From Phycisphaerae bacterium (GTDB lineage Bacteria > Planctomycetota > Phycisphaerae > UBA1845 > Fen-1342): a stretch of DNA of 64,000 nucleotides. This document shows, in pieces, positions 50,046 to 60,343 of the stretch (positions are counted from its first letter, which is position 1; the number at the start of each line of letters is the position of its first letter). The stretch spans positions 704,001 through 768,000 of the forward strand of contig CAXXWX010000026.1 in assembly GCA_963675745.2 (NCBI GenBank). Reading direction: 5' to 3'. The position numbers and the translations under genes were made by a program. The notes beneath the pieces were generated by a model that did no database searches, was not told the DNA's origin, and worked only from the letters and a program-made list of their open reading frames with translations.

Positions 50046-50144
50046 AAGTAAGAAGTCAGAAGTAAGAAGTCAGAAATACGCCATCGGGCGCCGGACATGC
50101 CACGACAGCGCGTTTCTTACTTCTTACTTCTGACTTCTGACTTT
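50046..50144. repeat. Inverted tandem heptamer arrays (AAGT[A/C]AG x4, spacer, reverse complement x4)
   Basis: Read directly; lies between the convergent alkA and S1 genes. Confidence 0.85.
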
Positions 50145-50150
50145 GAGCCG

Positions 50151-51635
50151 CTACCACGTCAATCCGCCGCGCTCCGGACGCTTGCGGTCCTTCGCGGGCT
50201 TGATTGGCTCGGCGGGCTCCGGAGCTGTTTCCGACTCCTGCGCCGCCTTGATGGAGAGTGATATGCGCCGCTGCCCCAGGTCGACGTTCAACACGCGGCA
50301 CTCGACCACGTCGCCAACCTTGACAACGTCGCCGGCGGACCGGACGCGTTCGTGGCTCATCTCGGAGATGTGCACCAATCCCTCGATACCTTCTTCAAGC
50401 TGCACGAACGCACCAAACTGCACGATGCGCGTAACGGCGCCTTTGACAACGCTGTCCTGCTGATAGCGTTCGCCGGCGTTGTTCCAGGGATCTTCACCGA
50501 GCGCGCGAAGGCTGAGGCTGACGCGGCGTTTGGCCGCATCCACGCTCAAGACCGACACGCGCACGGCGTCGTTCTCGCTGACGATCTCGCGCGGGTGCCT
50601 TACGTGCTGTGTCCAGCTCAGCTCACTGAGCGGGATCAGCCCCTCCACGCCCGGCTCCAGCTCGACAAACGCGCCGAAGTCCATCAGCCGGGTAACGCGC
50701 CCTTCGACGGTTTGTCCGGCACGGTAGTTGGCTTCGATCAACATCCAAGGATCAGGCGACATCTGCTTGATGCCCAGGGAGATTCGATCACGCCGGCTGT
50801 CGATCTTCAGGATCTGCACGTCGAGTTCCTGGCCGACTTTCAACATCTCCTTGGGATGCTGAATTCGCGAGTAGCTCATATCACTGACGTGCAGCAGACC
50901 CTCGATTCCACCGATATCGACGAACGCGCCGAAATCCACCAGACGGCGCACAGTGCCTTTGCGCACCTGTCCGACCTCGAGCTGGCCCTTGAGCTCCTCG
51001 CGGGCGGTCTCCTGCTCGCGCTCGAGCACGCGGCGACGACTGAGCAGGACATTCTTGCCACGCCGGTTGACCTCGGTAACCTCACACTCGAGCCGGCGAC
51101 CCACGAATCCGCGAAAGTCCTCGTGGCGCACAGTGTCAACCTGGCTGCGCGGCATGAATGCCCGAATGCCGTGGATGGCGAGTTCGAGCCCGCCTATGTT
51201 CGTACCGGTGACGCGCGCCTCGACGACATCGCCGACTTTGATTGAATCCCAGTCGGTATCGAGTTTGGTCTCGCGCAGTGACAGGCGCATCTGACCGGAA
51301 TCACGATCAAAGCCGTGCGGGATGAACTCGAATACCTGCCCCACCTCGGGAGGGTTCTCCGGCTCGAATTCGTCGCTCGAGATAAAGCCCTCGGCTTTGC
51401 CGCCATAGTCGATGAAGACGTCGTTGTCGCGCATGCCGACGATTCGCCCCTGAATCCGATTGCGCTCGCCTTCTGCTGGACTGTGCTCATGGCGACGCTT
51501 CCTGGACCGCGGCTCCATCGCATCGGGCTTCATGCCCTCCAGGGCCTTGTCCATTTCCTGCTTGAGGGATTCGTCGTCGAATTGCTGTGGGTCAATTGAC
51601 ACGCCGGCACCATTCCCGCCGCGGCCACGCCGCAT
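50151..51635 (-). CDS. rpsA: Ribosomal protein S1-like protein (five S1 domains)
   Basis: GKAEGFI, AFMPRSQ, three FGAFV..G.EGL repeats with RISLS/G; may be a paralog. Confidence 0.85.
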   Translation of the reverse strand: MRRGRGGNGAGVSIDPQQFDDESLKQEMDKALEGMKPDAMEPRSRKRRHEHSPAEGERNRIQGRIVGMRDNDVFIDYGGKAEGFISSDEFEPENPPEVGQVFEFIPHGFDRDSGQMRLSLRETKLDTDWDSIKVGDVVEARVTGTNIGGLELAIHGIRAFMPRSQVDTVRHEDFRGFVGRRLECEVTEVNRRGKNVLLSRRRVLEREQETAREELKGQLEVGQVRKGTVRRLVDFGAFVDIGGIEGLLHVSDMSYSRIQHPKEMLKVGQELDVQILKIDSRRDRISLGIKQMSPDPWMLIEANYRAGQTVEGRVTRLMDFGAFVELEPGVEGLIPLSELSWTQHVRHPREIVSENDAVRVSVLSVDAAKRRVSLSLRALGEDPWNNAGERYQQDSVVKGAVTRIVQFGAFVQLEEGIEGLVHISEMSHERVRSAGDVVKVGDVVECRVLNVDLGQRRISLSIKAAQESETAPEPAEPIKPAKDRKRPERGGLTW

Positions 51636-51730
51636 GCGGCCTGATCGTTGTGACCGTTCTCATGTTATCCGGACCTATCGCCGCGTGGTCACATTGACGC
51701 GGTACGTCCAGCGATCGTCGGAGGAGCTGA

Positions 51731-53068
51731 CTATCTTGAGAATAACACCCAGACTCCCAGCGCCAAGAATACCCCGAAACCGACGATATCGGTAATCGCC
51801 GTCAGAATAATGCTGGACGATTGGGCGGGGTCAAACCCGAGACGCCTCATGACCCAGGGTACAAACGCCCCGCACACGGTAGCCACCATCATACACAGCA
51901 GCATGGCGCTACCCAACACCATCGACAGACGGGTGTCGCGCCACCAGATCCAACTCGCGATTCCAGCCAGGAGGCCGATGACGCTGCCGCTGGAAAACCC
52001 GATCAGGATGTTTCTCAGAAATAGCGTGCCCAGCCCCAGGCCGCGCGTTTCACCCGTGGCAATCCCGCGGATCACCACCGCCATGGACTGCGCGCCGGTG
52101 TTGCCGGCCAGCAAGGCCACCACGGGCATCAGCACCGCCAGCGTGGTCAATTGGGCCAGATGCGTTTCAAACACGCCGATCACCGATGCCACGAGGAAGC
52201 CGGTACACAGGTTGACCATCAGCCACGGCACACGGCTCCGCAGGACGAACCAGACAGGCGAATCGACACGCTCGTCGGCACCGGCGCCGACCATCACCTG
52301 CATGTCCTCGGTCGCCTCTTCCTGGATTACTTCGACGACGTCGTCAACGGTCACGATTCCCAGCAAGCGATCATCTTCGGCCACCACCGGTAGTGCGTAG
52401 TAGCCGTACTTGCTGAACATCGAGGCGACTTCTTCGCGGTCCATGGTCACCGGGATGCTGACGATCTTGTCCTGCATGATCTCATGCAGCTTGCGCGTTT
52501 CCGGCGCCAGAATCAGGTCACGCAAAGACAGGACGCCGACCAGTCGGTGCTGGTGGTCCACGACGTAGGTGTAGTAGATCTGTTCCAGCTCATCCGCCAG
52601 ACGGCGCAGCTCCGCCACGGCCTCGAGCGCCGTCAGGTTGGCCGGCAATGCCGAGGCCTCGGGTGACATGATCCCGCCGGCGCTCTCCGGCGGGTATGCC
52701 ATCAGCCCTTTGAGTTCGGCCCGATGAGCTTCGGGCAACTCGTCGAGGATGCGCGCGCGGTAGCCGGCATCGCTCTCCGCGAGCAGGTCCGCCGCGTCAT
52801 CCAGGGCCATGAGGTACAGCACCTTGGCCGCGACGGCCGGCTCCATGTCTTCCAGAACAAGGTGCGCGTCCTCTTCGTCCATTTCTTCGAGCGTGTCGGC
52901 CGCCTGTTCCGGCGGCAATGCTTCGAGGACGTCGGCACCTTCGTCCGGCGGCAGGGCCTCGATCCGGTCGGCAACGTCGGCCGGGTGTTCGTCGGCCAGC
53001 GCGGCCGGGTTCGTGACCTCGATCATCTGCTCATCGAGAGTGTGCGGCGTGTCGTCGGATTCGCTCAT
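51731..53068 (-). CDS. mgtE: Magnesium transporter MgtE
   Basis: HPADVA, SAGGIM, CBS pair, GIVTVDD, RVPWL, GNTGAQS, DPA, TDIVGF. Confidence 0.96.
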   Translation of the reverse strand: MSESDDTPHTLDEQMIEVTNPAALADEHPADVADRIEALPPDEGADVLEALPPEQAADTLEEMDEEDAHLVLEDMEPAVAAKVLYLMALDDAADLLAESDAGYRARILDELPEAHRAELKGLMAYPPESAGGIMSPEASALPANLTALEAVAELRRLADELEQIYYTYVVDHQHRLVGVLSLRDLILAPETRKLHEIMQDKIVSIPVTMDREEVASMFSKYGYYALPVVAEDDRLLGIVTVDDVVEVIQEEATEDMQVMVGAGADERVDSPVWFVLRSRVPWLMVNLCTGFLVASVIGVFETHLAQLTTLAVLMPVVALLAGNTGAQSMAVVIRGIATGETRGLGLGTLFLRNILIGFSSGSVIGLLAGIASWIWWRDTRLSMVLGSAMLLCMMVATVCGAFVPWVMRRLGFDPAQSSSIILTAITDIVGFGVFLALGVWVLFSR

Positions 53069-54303
53069 CATCGGCCCTGGCCTGTTATCTGGCTTCTTGA
53101 CGTGCGTATGGAACCGTGCAATGACCACATTTGCAGCGCCGCCGCGACAAATGCAAGTGCGGCGATGACGAATGGCACGGTGAATGAACCCGTGCCGGCC
53201 AGCAATCCCATCCCCAGAAACTGGAAGACCAGTCCGCGGACGCCCACCATGGTGGCGTGGATTGCGACGTATTGCGGCACCTTCTCCGGGCGCGGCGCAA
53301 AAGCAACCGGCCCCAACATCCACCCGACCGAGACACCCGCCATCGCAATCCCGAAGATAACGCTGGCGATCGCGATCATGTCCGGCCCGGTAGCCGCGGC
53401 CAGCAGTAGAGGGTAGAGCGTCAGAAGGCCGAAGGAAAACGCGCAGACACGCGTGGCGCCCACGCGGTCGTTGATCCAACCCATCGGGTAGACGACAAGC
53501 AACATGGCCGCGCTGAGCGCGACGCGCGTGGCGTGTCCGTATTCGTCGGGACTCAATCCGAGTTTGCCTTCCGCGAGCACGGGCAGCAACGCGTCACAGA
53601 ACATGAACGCACCGCCGTACGTCATGAAGGCGAGTTCATAGCGAAAGAAGAGCGGATCCTGCCGGAACACGCCGACGAGCCCCAGCATGGCCTCGCGCAG
53701 CGCTCCCAGCGGGTGTCCCGTCGGGCCGATGGCCAGACGGTCGGCGCCGGTTCGCCGGGCAAGAAAAAGCAGGATTGCCAGCCCCGATGCCGCCGAGATG
53801 CCGGCCAATGGCAGGAAGACACGGAACGCGTTCGCATCCAGCTTCAGCCACTCCGCCACGAAGTAGGCCGTGATCATCCCGGACGCGAGCTGCACGACCG
53901 TGAGAATGGCATACACGCGGCCGCGCACCGCATCAGAGTAAAATGACTTCAGCAGTTTCCCATAGAGGGGTATCCAGCCGGCTTGTCCCACGGCCGAGAT
54001 CACGTAACAGGCAAGTAGCTGCCAGTAATTCTGCGCGAGGGCCATACAGATCAGCGGAAACACCGCCATGAGCCACTGGGCCGAGACATAGCGCCACAGT
54101 GAGACGCGTCCCAGCAGCTCGTTCCACAGGACCGAGAACAGCAGAAACACGGGGACCGCCGCCGTCACCAGCACGGTTTGCAGGTTGCCCGCGCCAAACT
54201 CGCGCCGCGCGAGGAACGGAATCATCCACATGACGTTGGCGAACAGCAGCGCTGTCAGCGACACCGCCGCCGCGTGCATGGCCAGCAGGCGCAGCGGTGA
54301 CAT
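53068..54303 (-). CDS. MFS transporter
   Basis: About 12 hydrophobic segments, RGRVYA, GWINDRVG; stop overlaps the mgtE start. Confidence 0.85.
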   Translation of the reverse strand: MSPLRLLAMHAAAVSLTALLFANVMWMIPFLARREFGAGNLQTVLVTAAVPVFLLFSVLWNELLGRVSLWRYVSAQWLMAVFPLICMALAQNYWQLLACYVISAVGQAGWIPLYGKLLKSFYSDAVRGRVYAILTVVQLASGMITAYFVAEWLKLDANAFRVFLPLAGISAASGLAILLFLARRTGADRLAIGPTGHPLGALREAMLGLVGVFRQDPLFFRYELAFMTYGGAFMFCDALLPVLAEGKLGLSPDEYGHATRVALSAAMLLVVYPMGWINDRVGATRVCAFSFGLLTLYPLLLAAATGPDMIAIASVIFGIAMAGVSVGWMLGPVAFAPRPEKVPQYVAIHATMVGVRGLVFQFLGMGLLAGTGSFTVPFVIAALAFVAAALQMWSLHGSIRTSRSQITGQGR

Positions 54304-54561
54304 TCGCGCCCGGCCGCCCGATAGGCCCAGGCGCTCATTCAGCCACGCGTCGTTACGGAGCGCAGGTTTCATGTGTGTGCTTCGCGATGGTCAAGCACGG
54401 TATATGATCACGGCCATAGGCGGTCAAGTTCCGTGCCCATGGCGCCGAGCCCGGTGTGGCGCGTGCGACCCAGTGACGCCGGGTAGTGCGCAAGCGAACG
54501 GAGCGAACGACCGCATTAGGCCATTCGCTCCGCTCGTTAGCCATGCACAAAATAGTTCTGC

Positions 54562-55596
54562 CTAGGGCACGATCAGCGAGTCTGTCTCGGCGCTCGGACC
54601 CAGGTCTTCGTTGTCATCGATGCTCGCGTTTACACCAGCGAGGACGTTCTCCAGATCGGTGTCGCCGCCCTGCACTTCGTGGGCGGTGAAGATGTTGTCG
54701 TTGTTGGCGCCGACGATCGGCTTGGTCTGGAACTCGACGTGGCTGTCCACGTAGAGCACGGACTGGCCTTCACCATTGTGGTTCGGGCTGTTGCCGTTTG
54801 CCCAATCGTCCGCACCGGCGCGCAGCAGGCGTTCGGCGTCGTCGCCGCCACTGCTGCCTTCCAGGATGCCGTCTACGACGTCATCGATGGTCTGGCCGGA
54901 GTCAGCGTCACCGCGGCCGGCATCACCGGCCACGAAGTACGGGCTCTTGTCAGCCCCGAATGCCATGCGCACATCCATGTCAGTGTTGGGCTGTGCTTTG
55001 CTGTTGTAAGGCATCTGGTAGCCGTAGCTGAGGTTGGAGTAGCCCCAGAAGTCGAAGCGGTTGACGCCCGGCTGGCAGGCCTCTTCCGTGATCGACGAGC
55101 CCGACCCGCTGAGGTTTCTCAGGTTGTCTTCCTGATCACCGGCGCTGGGGCACACGAACTGCTTCGGCGTCGAGGCGTTCTGGATGACCAGCAGGAAGAG
55201 TGACCGGCTGGCCGGTATCTCCCAATCCCACGTCATCTCATACGTGCCAGGCGTGAGATCGTCAGGGATGATCTCGAGCGTGACATCCTTACCGGCGGGA
55301 TTGGACTCGCCGGCACCCGTTGGGCCGCCGCCGCCCATCACACCAACGTACTTGACGCCGGTGTTGGAGCCGGAACCCGATGTACGGTGATAGGCGATCG
55401 GGAAATACTCGTCGTAGTCGTTTGAGTAAATGTAGCAGGCCTGTCCGATGCCGCGCAGATTAGCACGACACACGGCGCGCTTGGCGAGCTCCCGTGCGCG
55501 GGCGAGGCTGGGCAGCAGGATGGAGATCAACAGCGCGATGATCGCCACCACAACCAGCAACTCAATCAGCGTAAAACCTCTCTTTTTCACTTTCAC
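54562..55596 (-). CDS. Prepilin-type N-terminal cleavage/methylation protein (DUF1559-like)
   Basis: KKRGFTLIELLVVVAIIALLISILLPSLARARE, FVCPS, NSPNH.GEGQSVLYVDSHV; AGGAGG upstream. Confidence 0.93.
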   Translation of the reverse strand: MKVKKRGFTLIELLVVVAIIALLISILLPSLARARELAKRAVCRANLRGIGQACYIYSNDYDEYFPIAYHRTSGSGSNTGVKYVGVMGGGGPTGAGESNPAGKDVTLEIIPDDLTPGTYEMTWDWEIPASRSLFLLVIQNASTPKQFVCPSAGDQEDNLRNLSGSGSSITEEACQPGVNRFDFWGYSNLSYGYQMPYNSKAQPNTDMDVRMAFGADKSPYFVAGDAGRGDADSGQTIDDVVDGILEGSSGGDDAERLLRAGADDWANGNSPNHNGEGQSVLYVDSHVEFQTKPIVGANNDNIFTAHEVQGGDTDLENVLAGVNASIDDNEDLGPSAETDSLIVP

Positions 55597-55992
55597 TGAG
55601 AACCTCCTGAAACTCTCCCATGAACCTCGTACCGTGATCGGGGCCGCCCGTCGACGAGCGTCCTTTTAGTACGTTGTAAATAGACCAGTTCAAAACATCG
55701 CGTCACGCTCGCGTGACCGTCCACGCACCCAACATTGCGCAAACGACCACAGTGCCACGAAACGTCCGATCGCCACGCATCCGGAGGCTGAACGCCAACC
55801 GTCCGGCTCGTGTCCGCACGGGAGAGAAAATTCGGACACGGCGCAGCCGTTAATCACTCCGACAAGTTCTTACGCTGTGGATTCGCGCGCGCAAGACTCA
55901 AGCAGCCGCCAGAAGCGACCCGCAGGCATGCACTACGCGTTGGCGTGAACGGTCAGGGGAGAAGGAAAAGCAAAACTTAACAGCTCGTTAAT

Positions 55993-56036
55993 GTATGATA
56001 CGTAATGACTTACAAGATAACAGGCGTATGATACGT
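55993..56036. promoter_or_regulatory. GTATGATACGT direct repeat x2, 33 bp apart, in AT-rich intergenic DNA
   Basis: Copies at 55993-56003 and 56026-56036; the second lies in the palindrome CGTAT-G-ATACG. Confidence 0.45.
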
Positions 56037-56145
56037 GCTTTATGATGATCCACTGTACCGCTTACTGCCATCCACTATCGCAATCCTAGCACATTCTCCA
56101 TGACAGTCAACCCGATTCTCGGGCCCAGGCGGCGACTGAGTGCGG

Positions 56146-57225
56146 TCAGCGCCGCGGCCCCAGCATTACACATTCAAGCTCGTTAACCTCACGCCTACCC
56201 AGCCCCAACCTCACCGCCTCCTCGATGTGTGGAGCGTGCCTGGCCCCAAGCTCGGCTGCCCGTCGCTCGTGCAGCAGTAAATCCAGCGCCACGCTATCGA
56301 CGGCAACCGGATCAAAACCGACGAGCAGTCCGCCGTAGGGAACAATCTGGGCCTCGGTCGCATCAGCGCCACCGTCAATGATCACGCGGAGCGCATTAAC
56401 CACGTTGAGACGCAATCGAGAGTGAACTTGTTTATCAGCAAGGACTTGCGCGATCTGGCGCGGCCCGTCATCGAGGTAATACTTCGCTGGATGCCGCACG
56501 AGTGAGTACGCTAACGTGTTGGTGCAGCAGGACATACCGCCAATCGGGGCGGCCGCCAGAAATGGTACGTTGATGATTGCATCGGACTCGAAGAGCCAGT
56601 TGGCGAGCTGCTCGCGGTTCTCACCGACCGGTGCGGCTGCCCCCCAACCAATGACGGGCTTGCGGACGCCCAGCGCTCGGTACAAATACTCCGGGGCGTT
56701 GACGACGGTTATGGACTCTGTCGGATAGTCGGCCCGCTGCAACTCCTGGACCAGCACCCGGATCATCGAGTCTCCGGTTCGCAGCACGTCCGCGGCGAAG
56801 GCATCGACGCGGATCGTGATGCGTTTGGATGAGCCCAGAATCGTCCGCCACGCCCCCTCCGATGAAGACTCGTCGACGAGTGCTCCCACAGCCTTTCCCA
56901 ACAAATCCTCGACGGCCCCCGGTGCCGGAATCATGTTGCGCAGAGCGCTATCTGAACGATTTTCAACCACCCGCGAGCGCGCGTATTTCGGCCCCATCCA
57001 CCACGGTCCGGCATTGCTTTCCGCGGTCGTAGGCTGCGTCGTGGGCTGTGTTGTGAGCTGAGTGGTCGGCGCTGTTGTCGGCGTTGATTGCTGAGCTTGG
57101 GCCACGTGCGACACAAATGGCGCACCCGCCAGTGTGCCGAGCGCGGCGGCGACAAACTGACGCCGAGTCAGGCTGTTACCGGTTGACAACGCCGAATTGA
57201 CCGTGTGTTGGGCCACATTTAACAT
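56146..57225 (-). CDS. Tat-exported DUF362-like protein
   Basis: LTRRQFV twin-arginine signal, TTQP linker, DAIINVP, DPVAVD, GLG. Confidence 0.75.
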   Translation of the reverse strand: MLNVAQHTVNSALSTGNSLTRRQFVAAALGTLAGAPFVSHVAQAQQSTPTTAPTTQLTTQPTTQPTTAESNAGPWWMGPKYARSRVVENRSDSALRNMIPAPGAVEDLLGKAVGALVDESSSEGAWRTILGSSKRITIRVDAFAADVLRTGDSMIRVLVQELQRADYPTESITVVNAPEYLYRALGVRKPVIGWGAAAPVGENREQLANWLFESDAIINVPFLAAAPIGGMSCCTNTLAYSLVRHPAKYYLDDGPRQIAQVLADKQVHSRLRLNVVNALRVIIDGGADATEAQIVPYGGLLVGFDPVAVDSVALDLLLHERRAAELGARHAPHIEEAVRLGLGRREVNELECVMLGPRR

Positions 57226-57248
57226 GTCGGGACTTTCGGACTCCCCAA

Positions 57249-58700
57249 TTGATGGAACTTCCGCCGATGCAAAGCCTCAAAGACCGCCATGATGTGTACG
57301 TAAGCAGTTTGCAGGCACACGGTCAATCCCACCTGCTTGCGTTTTGGGACGAACTGACGGACCCGCAGCGCAGCGAGCTGCTCGACGATCTGGATCAGAT
57401 CGACTTCACCCGCTGCGCGCCTCTGATAGAGCCATATATCAAGAAGCGCCCGACACTCGATCTGCCAACGCGGCTGGAGCCGCCAAAGACATTGCCGGCC
57501 GAAGCGGATAGCCAGCACGCCGACCACTACGCCCGCGCCCGGCAGGCCGGTGAGGCCGCGGTAAGAAACGGCCAGGTGGCGGCGTTCACCGTGGCCGGAG
57601 GGCAGGGAACCCGGCTCGGCTATGACGGGCCTAAAGGCGGATTCAAGATCAGCCCGGTGCGCGACGCCTGCCTGTTTCAACTCTTCGCCGAGTTCCTGCG
57701 CGGCATTGAGCGGCGTTACGGCACACGCCCGCCCTGGTACATCATGACCAGCCCGAGCAACCATGCGCAGACTCTGGCGATTTTCGAAGAGCACCGGCAC
57801 TTCGGCCTGGCTCCGGGTGACGTGGTCTTTTTCTCGCAGGGGCAGATGCCCGCATTTCTGCCCGACGGACGCATCGCGCTGGCTGACAAACACCGTATCG
57901 CCCTGTCACCGGACGGGCATGGCGGCAGTCTCACCGCGCTCGCCGCAAGTGGCGCGCTGGCCGACATGCGCAAACGTGGCGTCGAGCACATCAGCTACTT
58001 CCAGGTCGACAACCCGCTGGTTAAGCCGATCGATCCGCTGTTCGTCGGCCTTCATATCGTCGGCGAATCTGAGATGTCGAGCAAAGCCGTCACCAAGGCG
58101 TTTGACAAGGAGCGCGTCGGCAACTTCTGCCTTGCCGACGGTCAGGTCACCGTCATTGAGTACAGCGATCTGCCCGACGAGCTGGCCGAGAAGAAAAACC
58201 CGGACGGGACGCGTGCATTTGATGCCGGCAGCATTGCGATCCACATTCTCAGTCGCGCATTCGTCGAGCGTCTGACCGGCGGCGATGCCAACCTGAGCCT
58301 GCCGTGGCACCGCGCTGACAAGCAGGTCGCCACGATCGACGAACAGGGCCGGCCGGTGACACCGACGCAACCCAATGCGGTCAAGCTCGAGATGTTTGTT
58401 TTTGACGCGATTCCGCTGGCGCGCAACCCGCTCGTGCTTTACACCTTGCGTGAGGAAGAATTCAGCCCGGTAAAGAACGCCGAGGGTGTCGATTCGGCGC
58501 AGTCAGCAAGGCGTGACATGGTGCGCCGGGCGGCCCGCTGGCTGGAGGCCTGTGGCGGCACCGTCCCACGCGACGAACAGGGCGAGCCGGCCGCGACCGT
58601 CGAGATTAGTCCCGAATTCGCGCTGGACGCCAACGATCTGCGCACACGGCTGAAAGAGCCGCCAACGATTGCCGTCGGCCAGCGGCGCGTGTTCGAGTAA
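57249..58700 (+). CDS. UDP-N-acetylhexosamine pyrophosphorylase (UAP/UDPGP type 1 family)
   Basis: AGGQGTRLG..GPKG, WYIMTS, SPDGHGG, QVDNPL, IEYSD, KLEMFVFD, FSPVKNA. Confidence 0.93.
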   Translation: MMELPPMQSLKDRHDVYVSSLQAHGQSHLLAFWDELTDPQRSELLDDLDQIDFTRCAPLIEPYIKKRPTLDLPTRLEPPKTLPAEADSQHADHYARARQAGEAAVRNGQVAAFTVAGGQGTRLGYDGPKGGFKISPVRDACLFQLFAEFLRGIERRYGTRPPWYIMTSPSNHAQTLAIFEEHRHFGLAPGDVVFFSQGQMPAFLPDGRIALADKHRIALSPDGHGGSLTALAASGALADMRKRGVEHISYFQVDNPLVKPIDPLFVGLHIVGESEMSSKAVTKAFDKERVGNFCLADGQVTVIEYSDLPDELAEKKNPDGTRAFDAGSIAIHILSRAFVERLTGGDANLSLPWHRADKQVATIDEQGRPVTPTQPNAVKLEMFVFDAIPLARNPLVLYTLREEEFSPVKNAEGVDSAQSARRDMVRRAARWLEACGGTVPRDEQGEPAATVEISPEFALDANDLRTRLKEPPTIAVGQRRVFE

Positions 58701-58822
58701 TTCAGCCGGGGACGGGACGGCCGGTTGAGCCGGTCGCCCCTCGCGCCGAGTGGGCTGACGCGCGGCCAGACATTTCGATGTTCCGCGGGCCAGCGGGTCG
58801 CCGTGACACCGCGCTGGCGAGT

Positions 58823-60218
58823 ATGATTGCGTTGCCGTGGGTCTATGTTGAAAGGACGGCGATGCCCGGGCCGGCATCCGACAGGCAAGCTGGAAGACGG
58901 CGCTCGGCTGAAGTGGTTGATTGGCCGCGACTGGTGTTGCGCGCCACACGGGCGCTTCAGCATGCGTTCATCAGGTCACCGCAGCTCGCCCCGGATCGAG
59001 TGGCGGGAGTCGTGCTGAGCGCATTGCCGCCGCATGCGCGCCGCGTGTTGCGCTACCGGCTGGACCAGTTGCGCTGGCTATCACCCGAAGCCGAGTTGCC
59101 GGCTGATCTGCTGGAGTCCGCGCGCTGCCCGGCGGACTTGCGTGACGGCCGGCGTGAGCTTGTGCGCCTGGCGCTTTTTGGCTTGCCCGGCCAGGGTCGC
59201 CCGACGGATAACAAGCATCGCGAGGCAATCTACCAGCAGTTGTGCGCGCAGATCAGGCGTGAGTCTCCGGACCAGCTGAGGCTGCGCGCCGCCGGCGCCC
59301 GTGCTCTCGTCCCACCCGGATGTGGCGGCCGACCCGACGCTGGCGGCGATGCTGCGCAGCTTCATCGCGGGCTGCGAAACCGAACTGCACGTCGTCGAAG
59401 CCGAACAGGGGGATCTCGCGGATGATGAATCGCAGCTTCGCCGCGCTTTCAAGGACGACACGGCGGGTTGCGACAAGCTGCCGGACCTGATCCTGGCACT
59501 GGAGCGTGCGCGTTTGCAATTCGAGGATCGCGCGGATCACTTTGATGAACCGGGAGCGCTGGCCGCCATCGAACGGATCGAGACGCTTTGTGCGCGCTCC
59601 GGCGGTCTGCTGAGTGAAAGCACCCCCGCGACCTGCCGCGAGCGCATGGCTGAACTCCGGGCCCAGTGCGATGCCTTCCGCAAGCAGTTGGATGAGCTGG
59701 CGCGCCGCGCGGAGGAAGCCGCCCGGGTCGGCGACGACGCCACCGCCGGCTGGGCTCTACGGCGCATGGCGGCGATCCACGCGCTGCGGCCGGCGTTGTT
59801 ACCCGACGATCACTACGAACACATCCGTGTCCGGGTCGAGGAGAGCGCTGACCAGATTGAGCACCGTGCGGCGGCGCGGGAGCTGGTGCGGCGCGAGCGG
59901 GCGATCGCCGCCGACATCAAGACCGTTGCCCAGATCATCCGGAAATTCCGCGAAGTGACGCGCACGGTGGCGGTCGACGATCCGGTGTATCGCCAGGCCG
60001 AGCGGGAGTTTCGCGAAGCGGCCGCCACGGTGCTGTCGCGCGATACGGACTGGATGGCGGGCCTGCTGCTCGAACTCAATGAGCTGGTTGATGAAATCGC
60101 CGATCAGAGCGGCAAGGCCGAGCACCAGGTCAACTACTTCATGATGAGTGTGCGCGAGAGCCTGGTGACACTCCGGCGTGAGATAGACACCATCCAGCGC
60201 CGCCGGAGCGGGCAATAA
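58823..60218 (+). CDS. Hypothetical alpha-helical protein, apparent +1 frameshift at ~59299
   Basis: ORFs 58778-59425 and 59301-60218 join as LRAAGA/VLSSHPD if one C is removed. Confidence 0.55.
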
Positions 60219-60343
60219 AAGGCGGCCGACCTCCCGAGCCGGCGGCCGACGGGTTAACAGAGGAACGTCGCGCGCGACGGCACCGCCGGAATCGGGAGCT
60301 TCTGCTTGCGTCGCCGGGCCCGGCACAGCACAATGATATCTCC

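Noticed and set aside
50046..50144. CRISPR array (also 61346-61441 and 33635-33818)
   Set aside because: Units are 7-bp tandem or nested palindromes with no repeat-spacer periodicity, and no cas genes are present.
55735..55760. Sigma-54 promoter (TGGCAC...TTGC on the minus strand) for the pilin-like gene
   Set aside because: The spacing between TGGCAC and TTGC is 9 nt instead of 5.
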